Numbered from the stretch's first letter, positions 9,391 to 19,984 are shown. The stretch: 20,336 nucleotides of DNA from Candidatus Rokuibacteriota bacterium (GCA_044866005.1 JBIOTN010000210.1:1-20336); one strand, 5' to 3'. The notes: generated by a model from the letters alone, not told the origin. Numbers and translations: made by a program.

Positions 9391-9394
9391 CCGG
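9274..9394. repeat. Dispersed ~120-bp structured intergenic repeat, copy B
   Basis: 57/67 ungapped identity (manual count) with 14395-14461, plus similarity further on. Hairpins at 9274-9300, GCCGGC-ACG-GCCGGC and CGGAGCG-CTT-CGCTCCG. Confidence 0.9.
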
Positions 9395-10171
9395 CTAGAG
9401 CAGCAGGAAGAGCTTCGTCAGGAAGAAGTCCGCGATGATGACCCCGACGGAGACCTGGACGACGGTCGCGGTCGTCGCGCGCCCGACCCCCTCCGTCCCG
9501 CCGGTCATGGCCAGACCGTTGTAGCACCCGATCAGCGTGACCAGGACGCCGAAGAAGAAGCTCTTGCCGATCCCGGTCATGAGGTCCCGGATCACGACCC
9601 AGTAGAAGATCGTGTTCCAGTAGAGGTAGACGTCGATCTGCCGCTCGTAGACCGCGATCACCATGCCGCCAACCAGCCCCACGAAGTCGGCCAGCGCGGT
9701 CAGGAGCGGAAAGACGAGGAGCGCAGACCAGACCCGGGGGACGATGAGCCGCTTCACGTAGTTGACGCCGATCGCGCGGAGGGCGTCGATCTGCTCCGTC
9801 ACCTTCATCGAGCCGAGCTCTGCCGTGATCCCCGACGCCACCTTGCCGCCCACCAGGATGGCGGTGAGCACGGGACCCAGCTCGCGCACGATCGAGAGCG
9901 CCACGAGCGGACCCACGTAGAGGTCGGCCCCGAACCTCGAGAGGTAGACCGAGGCCTGGAGCGCGAAGACCATCCCGGTGAACATGGCCGCCGTGTTCGC
10001 GACGACGAGCGAGCGCACGCCGATGTCGTCGAACCCCGCGACGATGAGCGGGACGTACCGGCGGGGCAACCAGGCGTTGCGGCCGACCTCCCACGCGAGC
10101 AGCCCGAGCCCGCCGTAGTACGCCGCCACCCGGCGCGTCCGCCCCTCGACCGCCGCCCAGACGTCGGTCAC
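9395..10171 (-). CDS. mlaE: MlaE/YrbE-family ABC permease
   Basis: IGVRSL, FTGMVFALQ, VRELGPVLTAILVGGKVASGITAELGSMKVTEQIDALRAIG, GGTEGVGRATTATVV. GTG start overlaps the upstream stop (GTGA). Confidence 0.93.
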   Translation of the reverse strand: MTDVWAAVEGRTRRVAAYYGGLGLLAWEVGRNAWLPRRYVPLIVAGFDDIGVRSLVVANTAAMFTGMVFALQASVYLSRFGADLYVGPLVALSIVRELGPVLTAILVGGKVASGITAELGSMKVTEQIDALRAIGVNYVKRLIVPRVWSALLVFPLLTALADFVGLVGGMVIAVYERQIDVYLYWNTIFYWVVIRDLMTGIGKSFFFGVLVTLIGCYNGLAMTGGTEGVGRATTATVVQVSVGVIIADFFLTKLFLLL

Positions 10172-10659
10172 CGTTCGGGCTCCGTGAGGGTGAAGCTCCC
10201 GGCGAAGCGCTCGAAGTCGCCGGCCACGGTGGCGAGCCGGCCGGGCGGCGCCACCACGACCAGGTCGTAGACACAGCCACGCCCCTGGAGCGTGACCGCG
10301 CCCACCTCGACCGGCACGCCGTCGAGCCGGGCGCTGAAGCGACTCCGGACCGCCGGGCGGCCCGCCACCTGGACCGGCGCCTCGTCGAGATCGCGGACGT
10401 CGCGCAGACCGAAGCGGAGGTGCCGGGTCAGGACCGGCAGGGGCCGGCCGGGCGCCCGGCCCTCGCACGTGCCGTGCGCCAGCAGACCGGCCTGCGTCCC
10501 GGGCTGCGTCAGCATCAGGTCCGCCTTCGACTCGACCCGCTCCCATCCCCTCGGCGGCACGACACGATATCCCTTGCTCGGCATCACGAACGCCTCACCC
10601 GCCATGCGTCCCGCGGCCGCGCAGCCGAGCAGCGCGCCCGCCAGTGCCGCGACCGGCAT
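10168..10659 (-). CDS. Uncharacterised putative lipoprotein (possible PsbP/DcrB-like fold)
   Basis: Hydrophobic leader with lipobox-like LLGC, YRVVPPRGW early motif, beta-rich body and C-terminal 'DFERFAGSFTL' helix. Coupled to mlaE. The fold is inferred and the exact start is uncertain. Confidence 0.75.
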   Translation of the reverse strand: MPVAALAGALLGCAAAGRMAGEAFVMPSKGYRVVPPRGWERVESKADLMLTQPGTQAGLLAHGTCEGRAPGRPLPVLTRHLRFGLRDVRDLDEAPVQVAGRPAVRSRFSARLDGVPVEVGAVTLQGRGCVYDLVVVAPPGRLATVAGDFERFAGSFTLTEPER

Positions 10660-10681
10660 CGCCTGCCGCCATCCGCCCAGG

Positions 10682-11359
10682 TCAGGCTCCCGTGGATGTC
10701 GGCGACGCGCCGCCGGCCGGGCCGCGCCGACGCGCCAGCTCGGCGAAGACTTCGCGAACCGAGATCCCGCGGGAGCCGAGGAGCACGAGCGTGTGGAACC
10801 AGAGGTCGGCGACCTCGGCCACGAGCCGCGCCCGGGTCTCGGCGAGCGCCGCCACCATCACCTCCGCCGATTCCTCCCCGATCTTCTTGAGGATACCCGC
10901 GTCGCCGCGCGCCAGGAGGCCCGAGACGTAGGACCCCTCGCGGGGCTGCGCCTTGCGGGCCTGGATGACTCGCTCCACCGCGTCGAGGACGCCCCCCGCC
11001 GCCTCCCAGCTCGTCGGCGCCGTCCCCTGGCCGTCGAGCTGATTGAAGAAGCACGTCCGGCTGCCGGTGTGGCAGGCGACGCCCTCCTGGTGGACGAGGA
11101 GGAGCAAGGTGTCCCGGTCACAGTCGGCGTACATGGCCTCGACGTGCTGGCGGTGACCGGACGTCGCGCCCTTCTCCCAGAGCACGCGGCGGGAGCGGGA
11201 CCAGAAGTGCGCCCGCCGGGTCTCGAGGGTCTTCCGGACCGCCTCGGCGTCCATCCACGCCACCATCAGGAGCTCGCCCGTCGCGGCCTCCTGGACCACC
11301 ACCGGGATCAGCCCCTGGGCGTCGAAGAGGAGCTCGGCGTCCGGGCTAGGCGCGGTCAC
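10682..11359 (-). CDS. hisIE: Bifunctional phosphoribosyl-AMP cyclohydrolase / phosphoribosyl-ATP pyrophosphatase
   Basis: [38 protein letters not shown] (HisI); [21 protein letters not shown] (HisE). GTG 11359 has SD GAGGAG 7 nt upstream. Confidence 0.96.
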   Translation of the reverse strand: MTAPSPDAELLFDAQGLIPVVVQEAATGELLMVAWMDAEAVRKTLETRRAHFWSRSRRVLWEKGATSGHRQHVEAMYADCDRDTLLLLVHQEGVACHTGSRTCFFNQLDGQGTAPTSWEAAGGVLDAVERVIQARKAQPREGSYVSGLLARGDAGILKKIGEESAEVMVAALAETRARLVAEVADLWFHTLVLLGSRGISVREVFAELARRRGPAGGASPTSTGA

Positions 11360-12125
11360 CGGAAGGCTCCTCGAGGCGCACGGGGACACCGCGGTCGCGC
11401 AGATACGCCTTGGCCTCGGCGACCGTGTGCTCGCCGAAGTGGAAGATGGAGGCGGCGAGGGCCGCGTCGGCGCGGCCGCGGGTGAGGGCCTCGTGAAGGT
11501 GCTCGAGCCCTCCGGCCCCGCCCGAGGCGACCACGGGGATGGAGACCGCGTCGGCGACGGCGGCGGTGAGCGCGAGGTCGTAGCCCTCCCGCGTGCCGTC
11601 GCGGTCCATGCTCGTCAGGAGGATCTCGCCGGCGCCCAGCCGTTCGGCCTCGCGCGCCCACGCGACCGCCTCGCGGCCGGTCCGCCGGCGTCCCCCGTGG
11701 GTGTAGACCTCGAAGCCGTCCGGTGTGCGCTTGGCGTCGATCGCCACCACGATGCACTGGCTGCCGAACCGCTCGGCCGCCTCGCGGACCAGCGCCGGCC
11801 GGGCCAGGGCCGCCGTGTTGAGCGAGACCTTGTCGGCGCCCGCGCGCAGGAGCATGCGGACGTCGTCGAGGCTCCCGAGGCCGCCACCCACCGTGAGCGG
11901 CATGTAGATCGCCTCGGCGGTGCGTCGCACGACGTCGAGCATGATCGCGCGGCCCTCGTGCGAGGCGGTGATGTCGAGGAACACGAGCTCGTCCGCGCCC
12001 TGGCGGTCGTAAGCGACCGCCGCCGCGACCGGGTCGCCCGCGTCGGCGAGGTCCACGAACCGCACGCCTTTCACCACCCGGGCGTCCTTCACGTCGAGGC
12101 AGGGGACGACGCGCTTGGCGAGCAC
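11346..12125 (-). CDS. hisF: Imidazole glycerol phosphate synthase, cyclase subunit
   Basis: [56 protein letters not shown]. Confidence 0.99.
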   Translation of the reverse strand: MLAKRVVPCLDVKDARVVKGVRFVDLADAGDPVAAAVAYDRQGADELVFLDITASHEGRAIMLDVVRRTAEAIYMPLTVGGGLGSLDDVRMLLRAGADKVSLNTAALARPALVREAAERFGSQCIVVAIDAKRTPDGFEVYTHGGRRRTGREAVAWAREAERLGAGEILLTSMDRDGTREGYDLALTAAVADAVSIPVVASGGAGGLEHLHEALTRGRADAALAASIFHFGEHTVAEAKAYLRDRGVPVRLEEPSGDRA

Positions 12126-12129
12126 GGCC

Positions 12130-12849
12130 TCAGCTCGGCACCGCGGCGAGCGCCGCGCGCAGATCCACCGCCCCGGTGTAGAGCGCGCGCCCCACGATCG
12201 CGCCCACGACCCCCGGGATCGCCGCGAGCCGCACCAGGTCCTCGACCCCGCCGATCCCGCCCGAGGCGATGACGGGCAGCCCGGCCGCCGCCGCGAGCGC
12301 CGCCGTCGCCTCGAGGTTCGGACCGTGCCCGGTCCCGTCCCGGCGGACGTCGGTGTAGATCACGCCCACGGCCTCGGCCGCGGCGGCGCGCCGGGCGAGG
12401 TCCACCGCGGACAGCGGCAAGAGCCGCGTCCAGCCGTGCACGGCGACGCGCCCCTCCACGGCGTCCACCCCGACGAGGACCTGTCCGGGGAAGCGACGGC
12501 AGGCCGCCTCCAGGAACCCGGGGTCGAGCGCGGCGCCGGTCCCGAGGATCGCCCAGCGCGCCCCCGCGGCGAGCGCGGCGCCCACCGTCTCGACGTCCCG
12601 CAGCCCCCCGCCGAGCTCGATGGGCACCGGGACGGCCTCGGCCATCCGCGCCACGAGCGCCGCGTGGCGCGGCCCGCCCTCGAAGGCGCCGTCGAGATCG
12701 ACGACGTGGAGTCGCGGCGCGCCATCGGCCGTGAAGCGGCGCGCCCAGGCGATCGGATCGTCGCCGAACACGGTCGCCGTCTCCGCCCGCCCCTCCACGA
12801 GCCGCACGCAGCGGCCGCCCTGCAGATCGATCGCCGGGATCACCATCAC
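12130..12849 (-). CDS. hisA: ProFAR isomerase
   Basis: [56 protein letters not shown]. Start is GTG 12849 (GTGA overlap) or ATG 12846. Confidence 0.97.
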   Translation of the reverse strand: MMVIPAIDLQGGRCVRLVEGRAETATVFGDDPIAWARRFTADGAPRLHVVDLDGAFEGGPRHAALVARMAEAVPVPIELGGGLRDVETVGAALAAGARWAILGTGAALDPGFLEAACRRFPGQVLVGVDAVEGRVAVHGWTRLLPLSAVDLARRAAAAEAVGVIYTDVRRDGTGHGPNLEATAALAAAAGLPVIASGGIGGVEDLVRLAAIPGVVGAIVGRALYTGAVDLRAALAAVPS

Positions 12850-13478
12850 CGCCGGGCGCCCTCCGGCCGCGCCCCGACCAGGGCGGCGAAGTTGTCCAGG
12901 AGCCGGAGCCCCCAGTGCTGGCTCTTCTCGGGATGGAACTGCGTGCCGTAGAGCCGCCCCCGGGCCAGGAGGGCGGGGAAGCGCACGCCGTAGTCGCACG
13001 TCGCCACCGCGTAGTCCGCCGGCGCCGCGGGCGCGGGGTAGTAGGAGTGGACGAAGTAGAAGTAGGCTCCGGCCGGCACGCCGGCGAGGAGCGGGACGTC
13101 CCCCGCGTGCCAGAGCCGGTTCCAGCCCATGTGCGGCACCTTGAGGCCCGCCGGGAAGCGCCGGACGGCCCCCGGCAGGATGTCCAGGCCCTTCGCGTGA
13201 CCGAACTCCTCGCTCTCGGTGAAGAGCAGCTGGTAGCCGAGACAGATCCCGAGATACGGCCGACCCGCCGCGATGTGGGCGCGGATCGGCTCCACGAGCC
13301 CGAGCCGATCCAGGCTCTGCATGGCGTCGGCGAAGGCACCGTCGCCGGGCACCACGAGCGCGTCGGCGCGCTCGACGGTCCGGCGGTCATCGGTGACGAC
13401 GACCTCGCCGCCGTCCCGGGCGAGCGCTTTCTTCACGCTGCCCAGATTGCCCCGCCCGTAGTCCACGATCGCGATCAT
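12846..13478 (-). CDS. hisH: Imidazole glycerol phosphate synthase, glutamine amidotransferase subunit
   Basis: IVDYGRGNLGSV, LGICLG (catalytic Cys), VPHMGWN, YFVHSY, QFHPEKS. Confidence 0.98.
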   Translation of the reverse strand: MIAIVDYGRGNLGSVKKALARDGGEVVVTDDRRTVERADALVVPGDGAFADAMQSLDRLGLVEPIRAHIAAGRPYLGICLGYQLLFTESEEFGHAKGLDILPGAVRRFPAGLKVPHMGWNRLWHAGDVPLLAGVPAGAYFYFVHSYYPAPAAPADYAVATCDYGVRFPALLARGRLYGTQFHPEKSQHWGLRLLDNFAALVGARPEGARR

Positions 13479-13720
13479 GGCCTGGGCACACCGTGGCGAG
13501 TCGGCGACAGGACCCGCAGTAGCCGGCCGGGCCCAGAAGCGAGCAGATCAAGGACGCAGGGAGGAGCCGGCGCGAGGCGTATGCCGGCCCCCCCACCCAG
13601 CCCTATGAGGAGCGCCGGCGACGACCCCAGAGGCCGGGACGGCCGCGAGGCGAGAGGCCGAGCGCGTCCCGGCCGTGATGCCGGACGCCGAGATGCGACG
13701 CTTCTCGGCCCGGCACTCAC
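13475..13720 (-). CDS. Putative 81-aa low-complexity bridging ORF between hisB and hisH
   Basis: GTG overlaps the hisB stop (GTGA) and TGA overlaps the hisH start (ATGA). R/P/G/A-rich with no recognisable domain. Confidence 0.35.
   Translation of the reverse strand: MSAGPRSVASRRPASRPGRARPLASRPSRPLGSSPALLIGLGGGAGIRLAPAPPCVLDLLASGPGRLLRVLSPTRHGVPRP
13526..13714. mobile_element. 189-bp MITE-like / long palindromic intergenic element
   Basis: 16-bp terminal inverted repeats with one mismatch (GCCGGGCCCAGAAGCG 13526-13541; CGCTTCTCGGCCCGGC 13699-13714). Internal perfect inverted pairs at 13566-13573/13612-13619 and 13632-13641/13665-13674. No transposase; mobility is inferred. Confidence 0.55.
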
Positions 13721-14385
13721 AGGGCCCCCTTGGTCGAGAGCACCCCTTCGATCCGCGGGTTCGGCCGCGAGGCCTCCGCGAGCGCGCGCCCCAGGGCCTT
13801 GAAGATCGCCTCCGAGATGTGATGGAGGTTCTCCCCGTAGTGGAGGTTCACGTGGAGGTTCACCATCGCGTTCATGGCGAAGGCGCGGAAGAAGTCCTTG
13901 AGCAGGTCGAGGTCGAAGTTCCCCACCTTGGTCTTGGCCAGCGGGACGTTGTAGGAGAAGTAGGGCCGCCCCGAGACGTCCAGGTGCACCGAGGCCAGCG
14001 CCTCGTCCATGGGGACGTAGGCCGTGCCGAAGCGCACGATCCCGCGCTTGTCGCCGAGCGCCTCGTGAAACGCCTTGCCGAGGCAGATCCCGACGTCCTC
14101 CACGGTGTGGTGGAGGTCCACCTCGGTGTCGCCCCGCGCGTCCACCTTCAGGTCCATGAGCCCGTGCTTCCCCAGCGCCTCCAGCATGTGGTTGAGGAAG
14201 GGGATCGTCGTCTCGGCCGACGCCTCGCCCGTGCCGTCGACGTTGAGCTGCAGGAGGATCTCGGTCTCCCGCGTCTTCCGCTCGATCCGCGCGACCCGGC
14301 CCACCGCCGGCGTGAGGGGACGCCCCTCGCGCCCCGGTGTCGGCGCGCCGCCCCCGCCGCCCCGTCGCCGCCGTCGGCGTGCCAT
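13717..14385 (-). CDS. hisB: Imidazoleglycerol-phosphate dehydratase (monofunctional)
   Basis: [50 protein letters not shown] 14385 has SD GAGG; GTG 14304 is an alternative start. Confidence 0.97.
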   Translation of the reverse strand: MARRRRRRGGGGGAPTPGREGRPLTPAVGRVARIERKTRETEILLQLNVDGTGEASAETTIPFLNHMLEALGKHGLMDLKVDARGDTEVDLHHTVEDVGICLGKAFHEALGDKRGIVRFGTAYVPMDEALASVHLDVSGRPYFSYNVPLAKTKVGNFDLDLLKDFFRAFAMNAMVNLHVNLHYGENLHHISEAIFKALGRALAEASRPNPRIEGVLSTKGAL

Positions 14386-14388
14386 GGG

Positions 14389-14508
14389 TTAGCCTCGGAG
14401 GGGGGCGGTGCCCCCCTCCGATCCGAAAATGGCGCGGGCACGGCCCGCTCGAAGCGCTTCGTCCCGGGGCGCGAGGCGTGCCATCGGGTCGGCGTCGTTG
14501 TTGCGCAT
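14389..14508 (-). CDS. Putative 39-aa bridging peptide in repeat copy A (MRNNDADPMARLAPRDEALRAGRARAIFGSEGGTAPLRG)
   Basis: ATG 4 nt after the hisD TAG; TAA 3 nt before the hisB ATG. Homologous to the peptide at 9265-9390. Confidence 0.5.
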   Translation of the reverse strand: MRNNDADPMARLAPRDEALRAGRARAIFGSEGGTAPLRG

Positions 14509-14512
14509 TCTG
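14395..14512. repeat. Dispersed ~120-bp structured intergenic repeat, copy A
   Basis: Perfect 12-bp stem TCGGAGGGGGGC-GGT-GCCCCCCTCCGA (14395-14421), hairpin GCGGGC-ACG-GCCCGC and palindrome CGAAGCGCTTCG. Homologous to 9274-9394 in the same orientation. Confidence 0.9.
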
Positions 14513-15820
14513 CTAGTCTCCTTCGGACTCCCGCGGCTCGACGCGGACCCGCGCCGCCTCGGCATGCGCCGTCAGCCCCTCCGCCGACGCGAGCTCGCGG
14601 AGATGGGGCCAGGCGGCCCGGAGGGCGGCCGGCGAGTAGTGGATGAGGCTCGAGCGCTTCACGAAGTCCTCCACGGAGAGCCCGGACGCGAAGCGCGCCG
14701 TGGCGCCCGTGGGGAGCACGTGGTTCGGCCCGGCGAGGTAGTCGCCCACCACCTCCGGCGTATCGCGCCCGAGGAAGATCGCGCCCGCGTGGCGCACGGC
14801 CGGCAGCCACGCCAAGGGGTCCGCCAGGCAGAGCTCGAGGTGCTCGGGCGCGAGCCGGTTGGCGAGGGCGACGGCCTCGGCGAGGTCGCGCGTCACGACG
14901 ACCGCCCCGTGGGCCCGCACCGCGGCTTCCGCGATCGACGCGCGCGCCAGGCGCGGACACTGGCGACCGACCTCGGCGACGACCGCCGCGCCGAGGGCCG
15001 GCGCGTCGGTGAGGCAGACCGCGCGGGCCATCGGGTCGTGCTCCGCCTGTGCCAGGAGATCCGCGGCCACGTGGACCGCCGAGGCGGTGGCGTCGGCGAC
15101 GACCACCACCTCGCTGGGCCCGGCGATGCCGTCGATCCCCACGTCGCCGAAGACGAGCCGCTTGGCGAGGGCGACGTAGACGTTACCCGGGCCGACGACC
15201 TTGTCCACCGGCCGGATGGTCGCCGTGCCATACGCGAGCGCGGCGATCGCCTGGGCCCCACCCACCTTGTAGGCCTCCGTCGCCCCGCCGAGCCGCGCCG
15301 CGGCGAGCACCGCCGGGTGGAGCCGCCCGTCCGGCCCCGGCGGGGAGACGACGACCCGCTCGCGCACGCCGGCGACGCGCGCGGGGATGAGCGTCATCAG
15401 GACCGTCGAAGGGTACGCGGCGCTGCCCCCGGGGACGTAGCAGCCGACGCGCTCGAGCGGCGTCACCTGCTGGCCGAGCAGTGCGCCGTGTTCGTCGCGC
15501 ACCCACCACGAGCGCGGGAGCTGATGCCGGTGGAAGGTCTCGATCCGCCGCGCCGCCTCGGCCAAGGCCGCCTGGAGCGGCGTCGGCAGGACGGCCGCGG
15601 TCCACTCGGCTTCGGAGACGGCGAGCGCGGCCGGCTCGAGCTCGACGCCGTCGAAGCGCTTGGTGAGCTCGCAGAGGGCCGAGTCGCCGTGTCGCCGGAC
15701 CTCGTCCAGGATCGCCGCGACGCGGGCCAGGGCGTCCGGGGCCGCCGCGGCGCGAGGTCGGGCCAGCGCCGCGACGACGCCGTCGAGGCCGAGGTCGGCG
15801 ATCCGGAGCAGGCGGATCAC
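14513..15820 (-). CDS. hisD: Histidinol dehydrogenase
   Basis: VGCYVPGG, YPSTVLM, GGAQAIAALAYGT, VDKVVGPGNVYV, DGIAGPSE, DLLAQAEHD, APEHL, GDYLAGPNHVLPT. GTG start overlaps the hisG stop. Confidence 0.98.
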   Translation of the reverse strand: MIRLLRIADLGLDGVVAALARPRAAAAPDALARVAAILDEVRRHGDSALCELTKRFDGVELEPAALAVSEAEWTAAVLPTPLQAALAEAARRIETFHRHQLPRSWWVRDEHGALLGQQVTPLERVGCYVPGGSAAYPSTVLMTLIPARVAGVRERVVVSPPGPDGRLHPAVLAAARLGGATEAYKVGGAQAIAALAYGTATIRPVDKVVGPGNVYVALAKRLVFGDVGIDGIAGPSEVVVVADATASAVHVAADLLAQAEHDPMARAVCLTDAPALGAAVVAEVGRQCPRLARASIAEAAVRAHGAVVVTRDLAEAVALANRLAPEHLELCLADPLAWLPAVRHAGAIFLGRDTPEVVGDYLAGPNHVLPTGATARFASGLSVEDFVKRSSLIHYSPAALRAAWPHLRELASAEGLTAHAEAARVRVEPRESEGD

Positions 15821-16470
15821 GATGCGACCCCCGCCCGCAGCTCCTCGAGGAAGCGGCTCACCGCCTGGTAGGCCGTCTTCTGCGCGGCGCGGTTCACGAT
15901 GAGTCGAGCGGTGGAGGCCATGATCTCCGCGACCTCGACGAGGCCGTTCGCCCGCAGCGTCGCCCCGGACTGCACGAGGTCCACGATGCGCTCGGCGAGT
16001 CCGACCAGGGGGGCGAGCTCGATCGACCCGTCCAGGCGCACGACCTCGACCTGGATCCCGCGCTCGGAAAAGTATCGGGAGGTGAGGTTCGGGTACTTCG
16101 TGGCGACCCGCACCCACGACCACTTCGTGGGATCGTCTCGCTCCCAGAGCGCCTGCGGCTCGGCCACGACCAGGCGGCAGTGGCCAAAGCCGAGGTCGAG
16201 GGGCTCGTAGACGTCCGGCTCCTGCTCGAGCAGGATGTCCTTTCCCACGATCCCGAGGTCGGCCGCGCCGTACTCCACGTAGGTCGGCACGTCGGCGGGC
16301 TTGAGGACGAGCAGGCGAAGCCCCCGCACGGGGTCGGTGAAGATCAGCCGCCGCGATTCGTGGGCCGGGATCCCGTCCAGCCCCACGCGCCGCAGGAGCT
16401 CCACAGCCGGGCCGAGCAGCCGGCCCTTCGGCAGGGCGAGCGTCAGCGGCCTGGGGACAGCGCCGCTCAT
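15817..16470 (-). CDS. hisG: ATP phosphoribosyltransferase, short (HisZ-dependent) form
   Basis: LALPKGRL, DVPTYVEYGAADLGIVGKD, VATKYP, GSIELAP, IVDLVQSGATLRANGL. 217 aa with no C-terminal regulatory domain. Confidence 0.97.
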   Translation of the reverse strand: MSGAVPRPLTLALPKGRLLGPAVELLRRVGLDGIPAHESRRLIFTDPVRGLRLLVLKPADVPTYVEYGAADLGIVGKDILLEQEPDVYEPLDLGFGHCRLVVAEPQALWERDDPTKWSWVRVATKYPNLTSRYFSERGIQVEVVRLDGSIELAPLVGLAERIVDLVQSGATLRANGLVEVAEIMASTARLIVNRAAQKTAYQAVSRFLEELRAGVAS

Positions 16471-16507
16471 CGGACGACCCCCGGCGACGGGGACCGGCCC
16501 GGGACGC

Positions 16508-16511
<4 letters not shown>
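16467..16511 (-). CDS. Putative 14-aa bridging micro-ORF between murA and hisG ([14 protein letters not shown])
   Basis: GTG overlaps the murA stop (GTGA) and TGA overlaps the hisG start (ATGA). Supported by position only. Confidence 0.35.
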
Positions 16512-17764
<1,253 letters not shown>

Positions 17765-17766
17765 AC

Positions 17767-18723
17767 CTAGCCCCGGAGCTCCAGCTCGAGGATGCGTTCG
17801 TAGCCCAGGAGGTCCCGATGGAACCGCGGCGACCCGTAGCCGGGATGGGCCAGGAGCCGCGTGCGGAGAGGCGCGGCGTGGGCGTGCCCGACCTCGACCA
17901 GCAGGCGCCCGCCCGGGCGGAGGAACCGGGGCGCCTCCGTCAGGATGCGCTCCACGACGGCGAGCCCGTCGGGCCCGCCGTCGAGCGCGAGCGCGGGCTC
18001 CCACGCGCGCACTTCCTCGGGGAGCCCGGCGAGCGCGGGGGTGGCGATGTACGGCGGATTGGCCAGCACGAGGTCGCACCGCCCGGCGAGATCACGGGCC
18101 GCGAGCGGCGTGAAGAGGTCGCCCTCGAGGAGGGTCACCCGGTCGGCCAGGCCCAGCCGTTCGATGTTGGCCCGGCCCCACGCGGCCGCTTCGGGGGAGA
18201 GCTCCACCGCCCAGATCGTGAGCCCCGGGCAGCGGGTCGCGAGCGCGCAGGCCACCGCGCCCGAGCCCGCGCAGAGGTCGAGGGCCACGCCCGCGCCCGT
18301 CGCGCCGAGCGCCGCGGCGCGTTCGACGAGCAGCTCGGTCTCGGGGCGCGGGATGAAGACGGCAGCGCCGACGGCGAGCTGGAGCCCCAGGAACTCGGCT
18401 TCGCCCAGGACGTACTGGAGCGGCTCCTGCCGGGCGCGCCGCGCGAGCAGGGCCTCCACGCGGGCGAGCGTCGACGGGTCGAGCGCGCGGCCGGAGTCCA
18501 GGTGAAGGGCCAGGCGGGTCGTGCCGAGCACGCGCGCGAGCAGGTGCTCCGCGTCCTGTCGGGCGGTCGCGATGCCGGCCGCGCGGAGCCGCCCGGCCGC
18601 GGCGCGGAGCCACGGCCCGACCCGCGCCGGGGCGCCCCCGGCGGGGGGCGGGCCCGGGGCGGCCGGGGCCGGCCCGCGCCGATCGGGCCGCGGCGTCGCG
18701 GCGATCCGGTCGAAGGCGGTCAC
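17767..18723 (-). CDS. prmC: Release factor glutamine methyltransferase (HemK)
   Basis: [25 protein letters not shown] (SAM-binding), [17 protein letters not shown] overlaps the prfA stop. Confidence 0.95.
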   Translation of the reverse strand: MTAFDRIAATPRPDRRGPAPAAPGPPPAGGAPARVGPWLRAAAGRLRAAGIATARQDAEHLLARVLGTTRLALHLDSGRALDPSTLARVEALLARRARQEPLQYVLGEAEFLGLQLAVGAAVFIPRPETELLVERAAALGATGAGVALDLCAGSGAVACALATRCPGLTIWAVELSPEAAAWGRANIERLGLADRVTLLEGDLFTPLAARDLAGRCDLVLANPPYIATPALAGLPEEVRAWEPALALDGGPDGLAVVERILTEAPRFLRPGGRLLVEVGHAHAAPLRTRLLAHPGYGSPRFHRDLLGYERILELELRG

Positions 18724-19802
18724 GGGCTGACCGACTGAAGCTGCGCCGCTCGCTCCGACTCGAGGAGGGCGCCGACCAGCTCGTCGAGGTCGCCTTCCAG
18801 GATGTCGGGGAGCCGGTGCAGCGTGAGCCCGATCCGGTGATCGGTCACCCGGCCCTGGGGAAAGTTGTAGGTCCGGATCCGCTCGCTCCGCTCGCCGGTG
18901 CCGACCTGGCTGCGGCGGTCGGCGGCGATCTGGGAGCGCTGCTCCTCCTGCGCGCGCTCGAGGAGCCGCGCGCGGAGGACGCGAAGCGCCTTCGCGCGGT
19001 TCTTGAGCTGGGAGCGCTCGTCCTGGCAGGTGACGACGAGCCCGGTCGGGTGGTGCGTGATGCGCACGGCCGAATCCGTGGTGTTGACGCTCTGGCCGCC
19101 GGGGCCCGACGAGCGATAGACGTCGATCTTGAGATCCTTGTCCTCGATCCGGACCTCTACCTCCTCCGCTTCCGGAAGGACGGCCACCGTCACGGTCGAG
19201 GTGTGGATGCGGCCGGCCGATTCCGTGACGGGGATCCGCTGGACCCGGTGGACGCCGCGCTCGAACTTGAGCCGGCTCCAGGCGCCCTTGCCCTGGATGG
19301 AGAAGATGATCTCCTTGAACCCCCCCTGCCCCGTCAGGTGGCTGTCCATCACCTCGCCGCGCCACCCCTGGCGCTCCGCGTACTTGGTGTACATGCGGGC
19401 GAGATCGGCGGCGAACAGCGCGGCCTCGTCCCCGCCCGCGCCGGCGCGGATCTCGACGAGCACGTTCTTCTCGTCCGCCGGGTCCCTGGGGAGGAGGAGC
19501 GTCCGGAGCCGGTGCTCGAGCTCCGCTTCGCGTCCGCGCAGCTCGGCCAGCTCCGCCTCGGCCAGCTCTCTGAGCTCCGTGTCGGCGTCTTCGCCGAGCA
19601 GGTGCTGCGTCTCCTGGATCCGGGCCAGGAGGTCCTTGTAGTCGGCGAAGGCCGAGACGATCTCCTCGAGGTCGGCCCGCGCCTTGGCCAGCCGCGCGTA
19701 CTCCGCCCGGACGCCCGGGCCCTGCGGGGCGGACGCCGACTGGGCGAGCTGGCGCCCCAGCTCTTCGTACCGAGCCTCGATCTGTCGGAGCTTGTCGAAC
19801 AC
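18720..19802 (-). CDS. prfA: Peptide chain release factor 1
   Basis: [23 protein letters not shown] (RF1 PxT motif), [10 protein letters not shown] (GGQ), [19 protein letters not shown]. Confidence 0.99.
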   Translation of the reverse strand: MFDKLRQIEARYEELGRQLAQSASAPQGPGVRAEYARLAKARADLEEIVSAFADYKDLLARIQETQHLLGEDADTELRELAEAELAELRGREAELEHRLRTLLLPRDPADEKNVLVEIRAGAGGDEAALFAADLARMYTKYAERQGWRGEVMDSHLTGQGGFKEIIFSIQGKGAWSRLKFERGVHRVQRIPVTESAGRIHTSTVTVAVLPEAEEVEVRIEDKDLKIDVYRSSGPGGQSVNTTDSAVRITHHPTGLVVTCQDERSQLKNRAKALRVLRARLLERAQEEQRSQIAADRRSQVGTGERSERIRTYNFPQGRVTDHRIGLTLHRLPDILEGDLDELVGALLESERAAQLQSVSP

Positions 19803-19984
19803 GTCAATCCCCGAGAAACACGCGCGAGATCGCGGGCGGGGTCACGCCGGGGAGAGAGGGGCCGCCGCGCACCGCGCCGGCCCTCGCCGGTGAGGAGCCC
19901 CGAGCCTCACGCCCGGCCGGCCATTCCCACGCAGCCGGCGCGGGACGGCCACCCGCCTTGCGGGTCCAGGCCCCGGGGCTCGTC

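Noticed and set aside
19803..19984. Known ncRNA (SRP RNA, riboswitch) in the rpmE-prfA spacer
   Set aside because: No recognisable SRP domain IV or riboswitch consensus by eye; kept only as an unassigned structured spacer.
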